From: an uncultured Pseudomonadota bacterium
Lineage (GTDB): Bacteria; CALINM01
Reading direction: 5' to 3'
DNA length: 64,000 bases
Assembly (NCBI GenBank): GCA_964540515.1
Contig: CAZIMS010000009.1
Span: 28,391 to 92,390 of the forward strand
This document shows, in pieces, positions 31,499 to 42,682 of this stretch (the first letter of the stretch is position 1; each line of letters begins with the position of its first letter). Under the pieces are notes generated by a model. It had not been told where the DNA came from and did not search any database. It saw only the letters and a list, made by a program, of their open reading frames with translations. The translations under genes were made by a program, and so were the position numbers.

Positions 31499-32138
31499 TT
31501 ACCCCCTTCCCACCTTTTTTTACCCCCTCGACGAGAACAAGGTTTGCCTTTTTTTCTTTGTTAGGATAGATAGGAAGGATTTTTTTTGGCTCAAGGTGGT
31601 AATGTCTCATATAATAAAACAAATCCGTCAGCCTCTCTGCAAGAAAAGAGACATAAATTCTTCCTTTATCTTTTAAAATTCTTGCTGAGGTAATAATCAG
31701 ATCTTCTACGCCACCATATTTCTCGTGTCTTGAGATGGCAATGGTTAAATTTTTACTGATTCTTCCTTCTCCCTCTTTTCTATATGGTGGGTTAGAAACA
31801 ACTACATCAAAGAAATGATTAAAATTTTTGGGTAGCTCTCTGTAATCTAAGTTTATTGGCTCAAAACAGGGAGTAAGAGAATTATCATCAATATTTTTTT
31901 TTAAATAATTAAATAATTCCGGCTGTATTTCTATGGGATAGTATTTAGCTAAGTTAAATTTTTTGCATAATATTAATGATATGAGACCAACTCCAGCGCC
32001 AAGATCTGCCACGTTGCTCTTTTCCTTGATATTTTCGATGAAATTACAGACAAGTATAGAGTCCTCATTATATCGATAAGATTCAATGGGTTGTGAGATT
32101 TTTAGATCTAAATCTTTGATATAATCAACCGTTTCCAT
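31458..32138 (-). CDS. N6-adenine-type methyltransferase (small-domain family, tRNA A37 N6-MTase-like)
   Basis: SAM motif DLGAGVG and NPPY catalytic motif. Confidence 0.65.
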   Translation of the reverse strand: METVDYIKDLDLKISQPIESYRYNEDSILVCNFIENIKEKSNVADLGAGVGLISLILCKKFNLAKYYPIEIQPELFNYLKKNIDDNSLTPCFEPINLDYRELPKNFNHFFDVVVSNPPYRKEGEGRISKNLTIAISRHEKYGGVEDLIITSARILKDKGRIYVSFLAERLTDLFYYMRHYHLEPKKILPIYPNKEKKANLVLVEGVKKGGKGVTILPPFFRRDISS

Positions 32139-33417
32139 CTAAGGTATATATTACTGCTCCTGATGGAATTTTTGGATAGAAGTATGTGGATTTTTGGGGC
32201 ATTGTTTCTTTTATATCAATAACTTTTTTTAAGTTTTCAGCCTTTGGATTTTGCAAGATAAAGGCTAACTTAATCTTTCCCTTTGATACAAGCTCCATAG
32301 CACAGAAGGCATCCTTACTGTAAGAAATTTTTTGCTGGTTTATTAAATCCTCCTCTGTTATTTTTAAGGCAGGTTTAAGAATTCCGTGAAAAAGCACGTT
32401 TACATCAAGAATCTTAAGTGTTTCAGGCATGTTTTCTGGAAAAAACTTATCTATTTTATTTTTGAGCCTCTCAATAAGAATTAACTGGTCCTTTGTAACA
32501 GCTATAAAAGCAACTTCTGATAAAGTGTTTATCCTACAGAGAAGTTCTTTTAGATTGTTTTTACTATGATAGGAGATAGAAAAGTTATTTGTTAGAAAAT
32601 TGAAGAAATCTAACTCATCATAATGTATGTCATTTACTAACCTATGGGTGGGAAGTATTAACATATTTGGGTCTTTAAGGTTAGCAAAGTACATTAATGT
32701 GTAGTTTACTTTACCATTCTCTGGATATTTAGTGCTAAGTTCTTTCTTTACTCGGAGAGCAGTTTCGTATCTATGATGTCCATCAGCTATTATCAACCTT
32801 TTTTGTGAAATTATTTGAGCTATCTCTTTATTAATTTTTTCGTCGGTAGATAAATAGAAGGTATTATTAACGTTTTGATAATCTGTATAGGAAAAAAGTT
32901 CTTCAAAGGTATTGTCTTTTAATATTTTTTCAATGGTCATATCTTGGTCCTCATAAACTGAGTAGACTGCACTAAAATAGGCATTACAAGCCAATGTTAG
33001 CCTAAATCTGTCTTCTTTTGGACCTGTCTGGGTCTTTTCATGGGGCATTATCGTCTCAGGACTGTAATCAGAAAGTCTATAAAGCCCATAAAAGCCATAT
33101 TTTTCAAAATCTTTTCCGTTAAAGGTAAAGTTTTGCTTAAGGATATAAAAGGCTGGTTTTGAAGTTCTTATTAAGATATTGTTTTTTAGCCACTCTTGAA
33201 ATGTTTTATTTGCCCTTGTATATACGTTATTGAACTCGTTGTCGTTTTCGTATCTTTTGCCAAGATCAATCCTTATAAAGTTGTAACTATTTCTATTATA
33301 GAAATCTTCTTGCATTTTTTTATCAATGATATCATAAGGAGGTGTAAGGACCTCAGATAAGTCTTTAATTAGTTCTTTATTATACAAAACTCCTTTAAAG
33401 GGCTTAATTTCGTTCAC
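32125..33417 (-). CDS. DUF1015 family protein
   Basis: 430 aa; N-terminus MNEIKPFKGVLYN...TPPYDII typical of DUF1015. Confidence 0.6.
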   Translation of the reverse strand: MNEIKPFKGVLYNKELIKDLSEVLTPPYDIIDKKMQEDFYNRNSYNFIRIDLGKRYENDNEFNNVYTRANKTFQEWLKNNILIRTSKPAFYILKQNFTFNGKDFEKYGFYGLYRLSDYSPETIMPHEKTQTGPKEDRFRLTLACNAYFSAVYSVYEDQDMTIEKILKDNTFEELFSYTDYQNVNNTFYLSTDEKINKEIAQIISQKRLIIADGHHRYETALRVKKELSTKYPENGKVNYTLMYFANLKDPNMLILPTHRLVNDIHYDELDFFNFLTNNFSISYHSKNNLKELLCRINTLSEVAFIAVTKDQLILIERLKNKIDKFFPENMPETLKILDVNVLFHGILKPALKITEEDLINQQKISYSKDAFCAMELVSKGKIKLAFILQNPKAENLKKVIDIKETMPQKSTYFYPKIPSGAVIYTLDGNG

Positions 33418-33435
33418 AAGTCCTCCTGTCAGTTA

Positions 33436-35601
33436 TTAAGCGTGCCAGATAATGTCTTCAAAATTTTTAGTAGGCACTGTAATTACTATGTTTCCTCTTA
33501 TGGGAAATCTAACTGTCTCAGATGTAGCTAAGTTTATGTTTATATAAAGAGGTATTAGTTCATCCTCTGAGACATTAAGAAGGGAGAGAGGTATTTTTAT
33601 CTCAAGTATTTTCTCAAAGGCGCTTTCAATCTCAGTTGTATTATTTCCATTTCTTAAGACAAAGGTTGATTTTTTTTCAGTATCTATTTTGCCTAATATG
33701 GAGACATCTTTTGAAGGTATTGTTATATTTATATCAAGAGGAAAATATTCGCTATGATTAAGGAAACCATTCTCTGGGTCAATCCTTAAGAAAATATTAT
33801 CTGTATCGAAGCCTACTAGTAACTCCTCGAAATATATAGTACTTCTATGCATAGCTAATCCATATTTTTTTAAGTTAAAACTACCAGAGCCAAGCCATTC
33901 GAAATAGCTTGATATCCTGCCATCAATCTTTGGTTTAATGAAACTTAAAATTTCTTTATCGGGCTTTATATCTTTTTCTTTCTTGACAATTGGTGAGTTT
34001 ATGCTTTCAGGATAGTTTATTCCGAGTTTTATATAAATATCTTTAATATACTTCCTAAAGAGCTCATCAAACTCAAGCTCAAACTCAGTAGAATGTTCAT
34101 CACCATACCACCAACACCAATCACTACCTTCTGCTATATAAAGACTTTCCATAATTTCTGACAATTTTTCTGAACTAATCTTATTTTTATTTTCATCGAT
34201 AATTTTCCTCACATCACTTAGATGATCCCATGCTTGATTGTCTTCGGGGTGACCAATCCATATTTTAAAGTTACCGTTTATCCAAGAGCCAGGGTGTATC
34301 TCGTATAGTGGTTCAGAGTTAGAATATTTCTCAATGTATTCACTAAAAGTTATCATGTTTATATCTTGAGCTTTTTCAATAGCATTATACAAACTCATCA
34401 AGAAATCGTAGCCATCATTTGGATAAAACTCCCATGCGTTTTCACCATCAAGAATTATGGAAACAATATTGTTTTCATAATTAATAAATTTTTTTATGTT
34501 TCTTAAGCTGTTTAAAAAATGCTCTACCGCATCTTTTGGATTGTATTTACTGTAAACAAAACCTATATTATCAGAGAGCCTATGGTCTCTAAAGAAAAGC
34601 TCAACTTTCTTATCCCCATAAGGAAAATGATAGGATTTAAATAATTGTTGAGGAGTAAGATGATCCAACCATTTGTCCCTTATTTTAAGTGAGTTCAACA
34701 ATACAGTCTCATCTGTTGCTGTCCACCTAATCTCTTCATCAATCATTATCTTTAAAGTGTCATTGCTTATAGAACCTTCAGAGGGCCACATCCCTTGTGG
34801 AACCTTATTTAGGTTTATTTTTAGGTATTCTTTAGACTTTTTTATTTGATTTATAGCATCTTCGCTCCAAGCAAAAGGTTTAGGAAGCTTTGTGGATGTA
34901 TCTGACTGGAGAGCAACTCTATTATCAATGAGAAGAGGTAGTATAGGGTGATAAAAAGGTGAAAAACTAACTTCTATACGATTTTCTGAATAAGCTTTTC
35001 TATAGGAGCTTATAATTTTTCCCATTATCTCATAGTGCTTCTTAATGAGCTCTTCTTTTTCAGAGGTGCTGTATCCTCTCCCTTTTTTCTTTAATTCTGA
35101 GAGAAAGGGGTCTTTATTTATATGGGTTGGGTCTGTCCAGACCAAATTAAACAATACTTGTAGATCTAAAAAATCTTGTTTAAAAAAATATCTTTGTACT
35201 TCTGAGAGTTTGCTTTCATCTAAATCTTTCCCTCTTTTTGATAACAACTCATAATATCTTGGTATAGGTTTAATCATTAACTCCCAGTTTGCCATGAAGA
35301 AATCTTTTAGAATTATACTTTTTTCATAGGGAGTAAGATCTTGGGGGTCCTTTAATGTAAGCTCTAAATGATACTCTGAAACTCCCATAAGGTACATTTC
35401 TATCTGTTTTAATAAAGAAGGTGTGAGATTAAAGATGGGCTTAACTTTTTCAAAGCCTTCCAATATCTCAAGCATATCAAGATAGTCTTTAGTGCAGTGT
35501 AGTCTAACCCAGGGCATGCGAAATTTTTTTATTTCTGGGTCATAATATATAGGTTGATGCATGTGCCATAATAAGGCTATATTTAACGGGTAGTGATGCA
35601 T
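33436..35601 (-). CDS. Glycoside hydrolase family 57 protein (alpha-glucan-active)
   Basis: N-terminal GH57 signature (WHMHQPIY...); 721 aa. Confidence 0.75.
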   Translation of the reverse strand: MHHYPLNIALLWHMHQPIYYDPEIKKFRMPWVRLHCTKDYLDMLEILEGFEKVKPIFNLTPSLLKQIEMYLMGVSEYHLELTLKDPQDLTPYEKSIILKDFFMANWELMIKPIPRYYELLSKRGKDLDESKLSEVQRYFFKQDFLDLQVLFNLVWTDPTHINKDPFLSELKKKGRGYSTSEKEELIKKHYEIMGKIISSYRKAYSENRIEVSFSPFYHPILPLLIDNRVALQSDTSTKLPKPFAWSEDAINQIKKSKEYLKINLNKVPQGMWPSEGSISNDTLKIMIDEEIRWTATDETVLLNSLKIRDKWLDHLTPQQLFKSYHFPYGDKKVELFFRDHRLSDNIGFVYSKYNPKDAVEHFLNSLRNIKKFINYENNIVSIILDGENAWEFYPNDGYDFLMSLYNAIEKAQDINMITFSEYIEKYSNSEPLYEIHPGSWINGNFKIWIGHPEDNQAWDHLSDVRKIIDENKNKISSEKLSEIMESLYIAEGSDWCWWYGDEHSTEFELEFDELFRKYIKDIYIKLGINYPESINSPIVKKEKDIKPDKEILSFIKPKIDGRISSYFEWLGSGSFNLKKYGLAMHRSTIYFEELLVGFDTDNIFLRIDPENGFLNHSEYFPLDINITIPSKDVSILGKIDTEKKSTFVLRNGNNTTEIESAFEKILEIKIPLSLLNVSEDELIPLYININLATSETVRFPIRGNIVITVPTKNFEDIIWHA

Positions 35602-36914
35602 TAATTCTTTGGCCTTTTATCTATTACTCTTTTTGCTTTTCCTTCAACTTTAGGGAGACTATCTTGAGGAAGCAAGGTAATGTCTAGAGATAAACCCAGT
35701 ACTGCCAGTATAGATTCTTTAATTTTTTTATGGAGATCTTCTTTTTTCTTTGGGTTATTGTATATCTCCTTCTCTATCTCTATTTGTAACTCCAGAGAAT
35801 CAAGTCTTCCTCTTTTATCAACAATAAGCTGATATTGATGTTTCACCCCTTCAATTGAAAATACAACATCTTCTATCTGTGATGGGAAGACATTCACACC
35901 TTTTATAATTAACATATCGTCACTTCTGCCTTTGACCCTTTCCATTCTGCACATTGTTCTACCACAAGAACACTTTTCATAGTTAAGAATAGTTAAGTCT
36001 TTAGTTCTATATCTAATAAGGGGTAGGGCTTCCTTACTAAGTGTTGTAGCCACAAGCTCACCTTTTTGTCCTTCCTTTAGAACATCCAGTGTTTCACCAT
36101 CTATAATCTCGGGTATAAAGTGGTCTTCCCAAATATGAAGTCCACTCTTAAAAACACACTCTCCTGAAAAACCAGGACCTATTATCTCAGAAAGTCCGTA
36201 GTTATCAGTTGCTAAGATCCCCATTTTCTCTTCTATCTCTTTTCTCATGCTTTCGGACCAGGGTTCAGCCCCAAAAAAACCTAGTTTAAGCCCTAATTTT
36301 TTTAAATCAAAACCCATCTCCACGGCAGTGTCGTATATCTGTAAGGCATAGGAAGGGGTACAGACAAGTGCTGTAGTTTTAAAATCTCTAATAGTCAAAA
36401 TCTGTCTTTGCGTATTACCTGTAGATATTGGTATTACAGTAGCCCCAACTCTCTCTGCACCATAATGCATCCCAAAAGCTCCAGTAAAAAGACTATAGCC
36501 AAAGGCTATCTGTACAATATCCTTATTGGTTAATCCACCAGCAGTAAGCACCCGTGCTGTTAACTCTGACCATGTTTTTATATCATTTCTTGTATAGCCT
36601 ACAACTGTTGGTATCCCAGTAGTACCCGAAGAGGAGTGTACTCTTACAACCTTTCTTAATGGTTCTGCAAAAAGGCCATAGGGAAATGCTTTTCTTAGAT
36701 CATCCTTTGTGGTAAAAGGCAGCTTTGAGAGATCTGATAATTTTTTTATGTCCTTAGGCTTTACACCAGCTTTGTCAAATTTCTCTTTATATAGGGGGAC
36801 ATTTCTATAAACTTTTTCAACGACATACTTTAATCTTTCTAGTTGATGAGATTCAAGCTCTTTTCTTGATAGGCATTCTCTTTTTTTGTTGAAATAGTTA
36901 ACTTTCATAATCAA
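35601..36914 (-). CDS. Phenylacetate-CoA ligase family protein (PaaK/F390 synthetase-like)
   Basis: Adenylate-forming motif SSGTTGIPT; 437 aa. Confidence 0.75.
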   Translation of the reverse strand: MIMKVNYFNKKRECLSRKELESHQLERLKYVVEKVYRNVPLYKEKFDKAGVKPKDIKKLSDLSKLPFTTKDDLRKAFPYGLFAEPLRKVVRVHSSSGTTGIPTVVGYTRNDIKTWSELTARVLTAGGLTNKDIVQIAFGYSLFTGAFGMHYGAERVGATVIPISTGNTQRQILTIRDFKTTALVCTPSYALQIYDTAVEMGFDLKKLGLKLGFFGAEPWSESMRKEIEEKMGILATDNYGLSEIIGPGFSGECVFKSGLHIWEDHFIPEIIDGETLDVLKEGQKGELVATTLSKEALPLIRYRTKDLTILNYEKCSCGRTMCRMERVKGRSDDMLIIKGVNVFPSQIEDVVFSIEGVKHQYQLIVDKRGRLDSLELQIEIEKEIYNNPKKKEDLHKKIKESILAVLGLSLDITLLPQDSLPKVEGKAKRVIDKRPKN

Positions 36915-36917
36915 TCA

Positions 36918-37565
36918 CTATAGGTTTGATTTTGATTGAACAAGCTTGAGAAGATAAAAGTCTGCATTAGATGTTTCCAATTTTTTATAAATCTCTTTGG
37001 CTTCTTGAATATTATTTTTCTTCTCTTGGATGAAGGCCTCTTTTAACAACATCTCTTCTTTGAGGAACTTTGGAATATTGTTATCAATTGCTTTTGCATA
37101 TTTTAATGCTTCATCAAGGTTTCCTTCTTTTATTAGTATATCAACCATAAGAATCCTTGCATTTCCTCTTAGATAGGCGTCTTTAATCTTTTCAGCTCTT
37201 TTTAGCTCCATCTTTGCATTAGCTAAACTATTTTCTTCTTTATAAATCTTGGCAAGAAAAAAAGATGCATAATCCTTAGCATCGGTGAAGCGTGTATTTT
37301 TAATATCCCCAAGAAGCTTCTTTCGATTAGTGAGGTCTGTCTCATCTAATGCTTTTGATAACTGAGCAAAACCAGATACGTTTACCTTTCTAACATAATA
37401 AAAGGAAAAGCTTGTTATTAAAACTAAAATTATTGCTATAACGGAGCCAATAAGAAAGGTTGACTCATTTTTTTTTATATATTCTAGTACTTTGGCGCTA
37501 AAGGTTATAAACTCGTCTGGTTGCTTCAAAACAGTTTTTTTAGAGACCTTTATCTTTTTTGTCAT
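36918..37565 (-). CDS. Membrane-anchored TPR-like protein (YfgM-like)
   Basis: Single TM helix followed by TPR-like helical repeats. Confidence 0.45.
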   Translation of the reverse strand: MTKKIKVSKKTVLKQPDEFITFSAKVLEYIKKNESTFLIGSVIAIILVLITSFSFYYVRKVNVSGFAQLSKALDETDLTNRKKLLGDIKNTRFTDAKDYASFFLAKIYKEENSLANAKMELKRAEKIKDAYLRGNARILMVDILIKEGNLDEALKYAKAIDNNIPKFLKEEMLLKEAFIQEKKNNIQEAKEIYKKLETSNADFYLLKLVQSKSNL

Positions 37566-37749
37566 TTATCCTCCAGCTTTTATTTTCATAAGCATTAAAT
37601 ATAATTTAAAGAGCTTTTAAAGTCAATAACTCAAAATTTACCCATGTAACTTGTTAGGTAGAAGATCCCTATATTATTCAGCTAATATTTTAAGCCCTTT
37701 AAACTATACTTACAAAATTTTTAGGAAAAAGAAGAGGTATTTTTTGCAA

Positions 37750-38337
37750 TTATTGTAATAAATTTAGCTGAGAAACAACAGCGAATCCTGTCTCATTGAA
37801 ACAGAAGTTTTCTCTTGAACAAAAAATCTTTGAATAGGTACGATTAGGAAACTGATTAAACTCGAATTTTCCCAAAAGGTCTGTTGTATCTTGTTGATAC
37901 CACGTTTGGTCAATCTTAACCTCAACCCAGCTATGATCTATTATCTCCCCTTTCATTTTTATCTGTCCGATTATTATTCTCACATCATCTTTTTCTATGC
38001 CTAAGGCTCTATAGAGAGAAGCAAGCAATATTGACTTTCCTAAACAATTTGTATATCTGTTAGCTATGGTATTTTGAATAGAGGTATCTGATACCATAGG
38101 AAAAAATTCTATAAAATCTCTTACATAGTAGTAGGCTTCTGGTAAACTAGTAATTTTAGAAAGGAGTGGTTTAAGCTGCGGTGACTCAGGGGTTATAAGA
38201 TTTTGATAATTAACAGGTTCAATGGTAATTATACCTTCAAAGCCTTTATTTTTTTCTTTTTTCCATGTACTCCAGCCTGCAAACAAAAATAGTAATAATA
38301 GAAAAAGTGAAATTAAAAATTTCTTAATAATTAGCAC
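37750..38337 (-). CDS. Transglutaminase-like cysteine protease domain protein
   Basis: Signal/TM N-terminus; Cys...His...Asp arrangement (NCLGKS...DHSWVEV...DTT). Confidence 0.55.
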   Translation of the reverse strand: MLIIKKFLISLFLLLLFLFAGWSTWKKEKNKGFEGIITIEPVNYQNLITPESPQLKPLLSKITSLPEAYYYVRDFIEFFPMVSDTSIQNTIANRYTNCLGKSILLASLYRALGIEKDDVRIIIGQIKMKGEIIDHSWVEVKIDQTWYQQDTTDLLGKFEFNQFPNRTYSKIFCSRENFCFNETGFAVVSQLNLLQ

Positions 38338-38387
38338 TTATTAATTTAAACAAAAAAAATTTTTTATGTAAAGAAAAATCTATAATT

Positions 38388-38416
38388 TTTGACAAAAAAT
38401 TTTTTGTGGTTATAAT
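38388..38416 (+). promoter_or_regulatory. Sigma-70-type promoter placing the start at or near the start codon of the next gene (possible leaderless mRNA)
   Basis: TTGACA, about 16-17 bp spacer, TATAAT, then the start codon within a few nt. Confidence 0.35.
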
Positions 38417-38641
38417 TTGATTATGATTAAATATGACGAAGAGAAATTAGCTATTTGTCTTTGTGAGGACTGTCCTACTCATTTAAAACCTGTTTTTCCA
38501 AAAAATGATGGGGTTTTTTGCGCCACAGGTAAGTCAAAGGAGAGTTTGACTAAAAAGGGATGTCTTTGTAAGAAGTGTCCTCTCTATAGTGACTATGGAC
38601 TTAGGGGTTCCTTTTTTTGTATAGAAGGAGCCTCGGATTAA
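38417..38641 (+). CDS. Small Cys-rich protein (DUF2769-like)
   Basis: 74 aa with repeated CxCxxCP motifs; coordinates from ORF track. Confidence 0.45.
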   Translation: MIMIKYDEEKLAICLCEDCPTHLKPVFPKNDGVFCATGKSKESLTKKGCLCKKCPLYSDYGLRGSFFCIEGASD

Positions 38642-38758
38642 ACAGATAATTTTGATAAATTATCTATTTAATCAATAATTTTTATCAACTCAAAGGTGCT
38701 TTTGTCTTCAATTTTTCCTTTCATTTTCTACTCAAAAGATTTAGAATATTAAATTCCT

Positions 38759-39433
38759 ATGTGTAGAAGAGATATGGCAGTTGTTCTTGTGTCGGGAGGG
38801 ATGGATAGTTGTGTTACAGCATCTATCGCAGCTATTGATTATAGTCTTGCCTTTTTACATGTAAACTATGGACAGAGAACAGAAAAAAGAGAGGAAAAGG
38901 CTTTTAATGACCTCTGTGATTTTTTTAAACCCTTAAAAAGGCTTATAGTTGATATTTCTTATTTAAAGCAGATAGGTGGCTCCGCCTTGACCGACGAAAA
39001 TATAGATATACCAACAAACAGGATATCGAAAGACAAGATACCTGTTACCTATGTGCCTTTTAGAAATGCCCATTTATTATCTATAGCTGTTTCTTGGGCT
39101 GAGGTAATAGGCGCAAAAAGGATTTATATCGGAGCAGTAGAAGAAGATAGTTCAGGTTATCCAGATTGTAAAGAGGGATTCTTTAATGCCTTTCAGTTAG
39201 CAGTTAAAGAAGGGACTAAACCTGAGACTGATATAAAGATAGCTACGCCTCTTATAAAGAAAACAAAAGCAGAGATAGTTAAGATAGGTATGCACTTGGG
39301 AAGCCCCTTAGAGCTTAGCTGGTCTTGTTATAAAAGTGAGGAGATAGCCTGCGGAGTATGCGAAAGCTGTTTACTTAGACTTAAAGGATTCAAGGAAGCA
39401 GGTTATGAAGATAAAATACCTTATAGGGAGTAA
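38759..39433 (+). CDS. queC: 7-cyano-7-deazaguanine synthase
   Basis: PP-loop SGGMDS and C-terminal Cys cluster. Confidence 0.9.
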   Translation: MCRRDMAVVLVSGGMDSCVTASIAAIDYSLAFLHVNYGQRTEKREEKAFNDLCDFFKPLKRLIVDISYLKQIGGSALTDENIDIPTNRISKDKIPVTYVPFRNAHLLSIAVSWAEVIGAKRIYIGAVEEDSSGYPDCKEGFFNAFQLAVKEGTKPETDIKIATPLIKKTKAEIVKIGMHLGSPLELSWSCYKSEEIACGVCESCLLRLKGFKEAGYEDKIPYRE

Positions 39434-39438
39434 AAATA

Positions 39439-42210
39439 ATGGACTATAAAACAACTCTTAACCTTCCTGTTACTAACTTTCCCATGAAGGCTAATCTTAC
39501 ACAAAACGAGCCAGAAAGGTTAAAAAAATGGAAGAAGTTAGAAATTTACAAAAAAATGAGAGAAGAAAGAAAAGGTAAAAATTTATTTCATTTACACGAT
39601 GGACCTCCTTATGCAAACGGCAATATCCATATAGGGCATGCAGTTAACAAGATATTAAAAGACTTAGTTGTTAAGTATTATTACAAAGAGGGCTATGATA
39701 CACCCTATATTCCAGGATGGGACTGTCATGGGCTTCCTATAGAGTTACAAGCTGAAAAAACTATTGGCAAAAGCAAGAAAGAGATAACTAAACTGGAGAT
39801 TAGAAGGTTTTGCCGAGAATATGCAAATAAATATGTAAAAATTCAGTCTGATGAGTTTGAAAGGCTTGGAGTTATTGGAGATTGGGAGAATCCTTATATT
39901 ACAATGTCCTATGACTATCAAGCAAATATAGTGAGAGAGTTCGCCAATTTTGTTAAAGAAGGGGTTGTTTACCGAAGCAAGAAACCTGTTTATTGGTGTA
40001 TATCATGCAATACTGCTTTAGCTGAAGCGGAAGTTGAGTATGATGATCATACGTCTCCGTCAATATATGTTAAGTTTCCCATTAAATTAGATATCTCTAA
40101 TATCTTTCCGGAACTAAAAAATAAAAAGGTCAGCATTATAATTTGGACAACAACACCATGGACCTTACCTGCTAATAGGGCTATAGCAGTTCATCCTGAT
40201 TATGATTATGTTTTTGTAGAGACTGTGACAAAAGAGGTTTATGTAGTTGCAAAAGAGCTCTTTGAAAAGTTTTCGGAACTTTTTTCTGAAAAATTAAAGA
40301 TTATAACTGAGGTAAAAGGTGAAAATCTTAAAGGTATAGTTTGTGAGCATCCCTTTGAGGAAGTTGATTCTTTAGTTCTTCCTGCTGATTTTGTTACCCT
40401 TGATACAGGAACAGGTTGTGTTCATATAGCACCTGGGCATGGACAAGAAGACTATGAGCTTGGTTTAAAGCACAATATTGAGGTCTATGCCCCTGTCGAT
40501 CAGGATGGTAAGTTCTTTAAAAGTGTAAAATACTTCGGTGGTACTAAGGTTTTCGCTGCTAATGAGGAGATAATAAAAAAGCTAAACGAGTTGGGCAAGC
40601 TCATTGCTTCTCAAAATATTAGTCATTCCTATCCACATTGCTGGAGATGCAAAGAGCCCATCATCTTTAGAGCTGAAGAGCAGTGGTTTATCTCGATGGA
40701 CAAGACATCTTTAAGAAAGACCGCTCTTTTTGAGATAGATAAAGTAAAATGGATACCCTCATGGGGTAGAGATAGAATTTATAATATGATTGAGGGCAGA
40801 CCAGACTGGTGTATATCAAGGCAAAGGTCATGGGGAGTTCCTATTATTGCCTTTCAATGTAAAGGTTGTGGTGAGTATATCTTAGATTCAGAGTTAATTG
40901 AGAGGGTAGCGAGTCTTTTTGAGAACTATGGTGCCGATATATGGTTTGAGAAACCTGCACAGTTTTTTCTCAACGACTATAAATGTGCTACCTGTGGTAG
41001 CAAAGATTTTGAAAAGGAAGAAGATATTTTGGATGTGTGGTTTGATTCTGGGGTCAGCTTTTCCTATCTTAAGAGTAAATATAATTATGAACATCCTGTA
41101 GATATGTATTTAGAAGGCTCAGATCAGCATAGAGGATGGTTTCACAGTTCCTTGCTTGCAAGTTGTGTAAGTTATAAAAGAGCACCCTACAAATCAGTTT
41201 TAACTCATGGTTTTGTTGTTGATGCAGAAGGTAGGAAGATGTCTAAATCTCTGGGAAATGTAATATCACCTCAAGATATCATATCGAAATATGGAGCAGA
41301 GATATTAAGAATATGGGTTGCCTCGGAGGATTATAGGGAAGATATAAGGATATCTCAAGAGATATTGGAAAGACTAGTAGATTCATATAGAAGGGTTAGA
41401 AACACCTTCAAGTATATGTTAGGTATTCTCTCCGATTTTGATGCCGAGAAAAATTATATTGCCTATGATGACCTTTCACCTCTTGACAAGGCAATTTTAA
41501 ACCGTCTTTATAAGCTCGATAATAAAGTAAGAAGAGCCTATCGAAGCTATGAGTTTCATACTGTTTTTCATAGTATCCATAACTTCTGTGTAAAGGATTT
41601 GAGTTCCCTATATTTGGATATACTTAAGGATAGAATGTATGTTTTATCTGGTGATGATAAAAAAAGACGGGCATCACAAACCGTCGTCTTTGAGATAACA
41701 AAAACCTTAGCCCTTCTTCTCTCTCCAATACTGTCTTTTACTTGTGATGAGGTTTGGGAGCATTTTAATCTAAAAGGCAAGAAAGAATCTATTCTTTTAG
41801 AGAGTTTTATAGATCTGCCAGCTTTCTATGAAAATGATGAGATTGAAAAGTTTTTTAATGCTTTGTTATTAATAAGGGAAGATGTACAGAAGGCTTTAGA
41901 AGATGCAAGAAGAAGAAAGATTATAGGACATTCTCTCGATGCAAAGGCGATACTCTATATCACTGATGAGCACAAAGATATCATTTCAAAATATTTCGAA
42001 GAACTTAGAGAGATTCTTATACTCTCTCAGGTGGAGATAAAATTTGAAGGTAAGGGCTATTATAAAGGTGAGCTAAGCAATATAACAATTGATATCTATA
42101 ATGCTGACGGTAAAAAATGTGAAAGATGTTGGGTCTTTGATACGACCGTTGGTGACGATATGGAACATCCAGCTATATGCAAGAGATGCAGGGATGTAGT
42201 AAGTGTATAA
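39439..42210 (+). CDS. ileS: Isoleucine-tRNA ligase
   Basis: HIGH (PYANGNIHIGH) and KMSKS motifs, C-terminal Zn-binding cysteines; 923 aa. Confidence 0.95.
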   Translation: MDYKTTLNLPVTNFPMKANLTQNEPERLKKWKKLEIYKKMREERKGKNLFHLHDGPPYANGNIHIGHAVNKILKDLVVKYYYKEGYDTPYIPGWDCHGLPIELQAEKTIGKSKKEITKLEIRRFCREYANKYVKIQSDEFERLGVIGDWENPYITMSYDYQANIVREFANFVKEGVVYRSKKPVYWCISCNTALAEAEVEYDDHTSPSIYVKFPIKLDISNIFPELKNKKVSIIIWTTTPWTLPANRAIAVHPDYDYVFVETVTKEVYVVAKELFEKFSELFSEKLKIITEVKGENLKGIVCEHPFEEVDSLVLPADFVTLDTGTGCVHIAPGHGQEDYELGLKHNIEVYAPVDQDGKFFKSVKYFGGTKVFAANEEIIKKLNELGKLIASQNISHSYPHCWRCKEPIIFRAEEQWFISMDKTSLRKTALFEIDKVKWIPSWGRDRIYNMIEGRPDWCISRQRSWGVPIIAFQCKGCGEYILDSELIERVASLFENYGADIWFEKPAQFFLNDYKCATCGSKDFEKEEDILDVWFDSGVSFSYLKSKYNYEHPVDMYLEGSDQHRGWFHSSLLASCVSYKRAPYKSVLTHGFVVDAEGRKMSKSLGNVISPQDIISKYGAEILRIWVASEDYREDIRISQEILERLVDSYRRVRNTFKYMLGILSDFDAEKNYIAYDDLSPLDKAILNRLYKLDNKVRRAYRSYEFHTVFHSIHNFCVKDLSSLYLDILKDRMYVLSGDDKKRRASQTVVFEITKTLALLLSPILSFTCDEVWEHFNLKGKKESILLESFIDLPAFYENDEIEKFFNALLLIREDVQKALEDARRRKIIGHSLDAKAILYITDEHKDIISKYFEELREILILSQVEIKFEGKGYYKGELSNITIDIYNADGKKCERCWVFDTTVGDDMEHPAICKRCRDVVSV

Positions 42211-42682
42211 AAAGAATTTAGTTTTTTACCTAACTTTATGCTTAGTTTTTTTGGCCGATCAAGCTACAAAGTATATAGTTAAAAAAACTTTCCAACAAGG
42301 TGAAGTTTTAAAATTACTGCCCTTTTTTAACTTAACCTATGTGGAAAACAAAGGTATCGCCTTTGGTATATTTCACAGGGGAGGTGAATTGAAACAGATT
42401 ATCCTCCTTTTATCTACTGTTTTTGCCATAGCATTGCTTTTTTATCTTTTTTACTCCATAAAAGATGACTCTAAAAAAAGGGCTGTTGTTTTTGGATTGA
42501 TAGCAGGTGGGGCCTTGGGTAATTTATACGATAGAGTTTTTTATGGTGCTGTTGTAGATTTTCTAGAGATCTATTATAAAAGTTTCCATTGGCCTGTTTT
42601 TAATATAGCTGATACCTTTATTACCATTGGTATTATTCTGATTTTTTTCTTTCAAATTGTTAAGAAGGAGCATATTATCTAA
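42203..42682 (+). CDS. lspA: Lipoprotein signal peptidase II
   Basis: 159 aa membrane protein, NIADTFI motif. Confidence 0.85.
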   Translation: MYKKNLVFYLTLCLVFLADQATKYIVKKTFQQGEVLKLLPFFNLTYVENKGIAFGIFHRGGELKQIILLLSTVFAIALLFYLFYSIKDDSKKRAVVFGLIAGGALGNLYDRVFYGAVVDFLEIYYKSFHWPVFNIADTFITIGIILIFFFQIVKKEHII